Source: Phallusia mammillata (taxonomy: Eukaryota). From it: 64,000 bases of DNA. The notes under the pieces are model-generated. The model was given only the letters and a program-made list of their open reading frames with translations, had not been told where the DNA came from and did no database searches. The stretch is from contig OZ281496.1 of NCBI GenBank assembly GCA_965637545.1, positions 4,712,001 through 4,776,000 of the forward strand, read 5' to 3'. Below are positions 63,577 through 64,000 of this stretch, piece by piece (the first letter of the stretch is position 1; each line of letters begins with the position of its first letter). The position numbers were made by a program, and so were the translations under genes.

Positions 63577-64000
63577 TTCAGGACAAATTACTGCAGTTGC
63601 CTATGTTTCAAGTTATTAAATTGTTGTATTTATCAAGTAAAACCATTGGGGACATATTTACTACAGCTATATTAGGCCTCAATTATGAAATATTTCTCCT
63701 GTTTCTATGACAGTGAATTTGTTTTTGAATGTTTTAATTTCATCCTCGATGGGCCGGCAACGCCTAAATGCGTTAACTAATAGTCATTAGAACTCACAAA
63801 CTATTGAACACAAGTCGGTTGTACTAAACCACTCGGCCAACTTGGCTAACTTATGCATCGCTTTTTTGAAGTTTTATATAGGAAACATTCTCGGCCTTGA
63901 GTTGACCAGAAAACAAAAAAGTTACTTTAAAAACGAAATACTTAGTACTGAATAATGGTATGCGATGGGTTCGAATCCCACCATCAACTGAATGTTTAAT

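Overview
AT-rich eukaryotic (animal) genomic DNA with short GT-AG introns. An ascidian/tunicate-like origin is my inference from intron style and an LRR-less LDLa-repeat GPCR; it is not proven. From 5' to 3': (1) a decayed minus-strand Ty3/Gypsy element interrupted by a hAT MITE, which is itself interrupted by a very young non-coding LTR element, with both inner TSDs intact; (2) a disrupted C2H2 zinc-finger array; (3) two clusters (16.5-29.2 kb and 48.9-53.3 kb) of a small-protein gene family I do not recognise and the ORF track almost entirely misses, built from many 8-73 nt, mostly phase-0 micro-exons and ending in a conserved acidic exon (AFDxFDPNGxPxEEPxQxDGxExRNxxNxxQP) with TRAF-binding-like motifs; (4) an ACAT1-type thiolase pseudogene; (5) Penelope-type inverted repeats with degenerate minimal hammerhead motifs; (6) 70-bp and 33-bp satellites, the latter containing a decayed unknown ORF twice; (7) an intact 2-exon, 1219-aa LDLa-repeat class A GPCR; (8) an 11-exon CUB-CUB-ZP gene whose intron holds a Penelope GIY-YIG remnant and a tRNA-derived repeat. 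The micro-exon family is the best candidate for an undescribed system. All gene models were built by eye from splice signals and phase and need RNA support.
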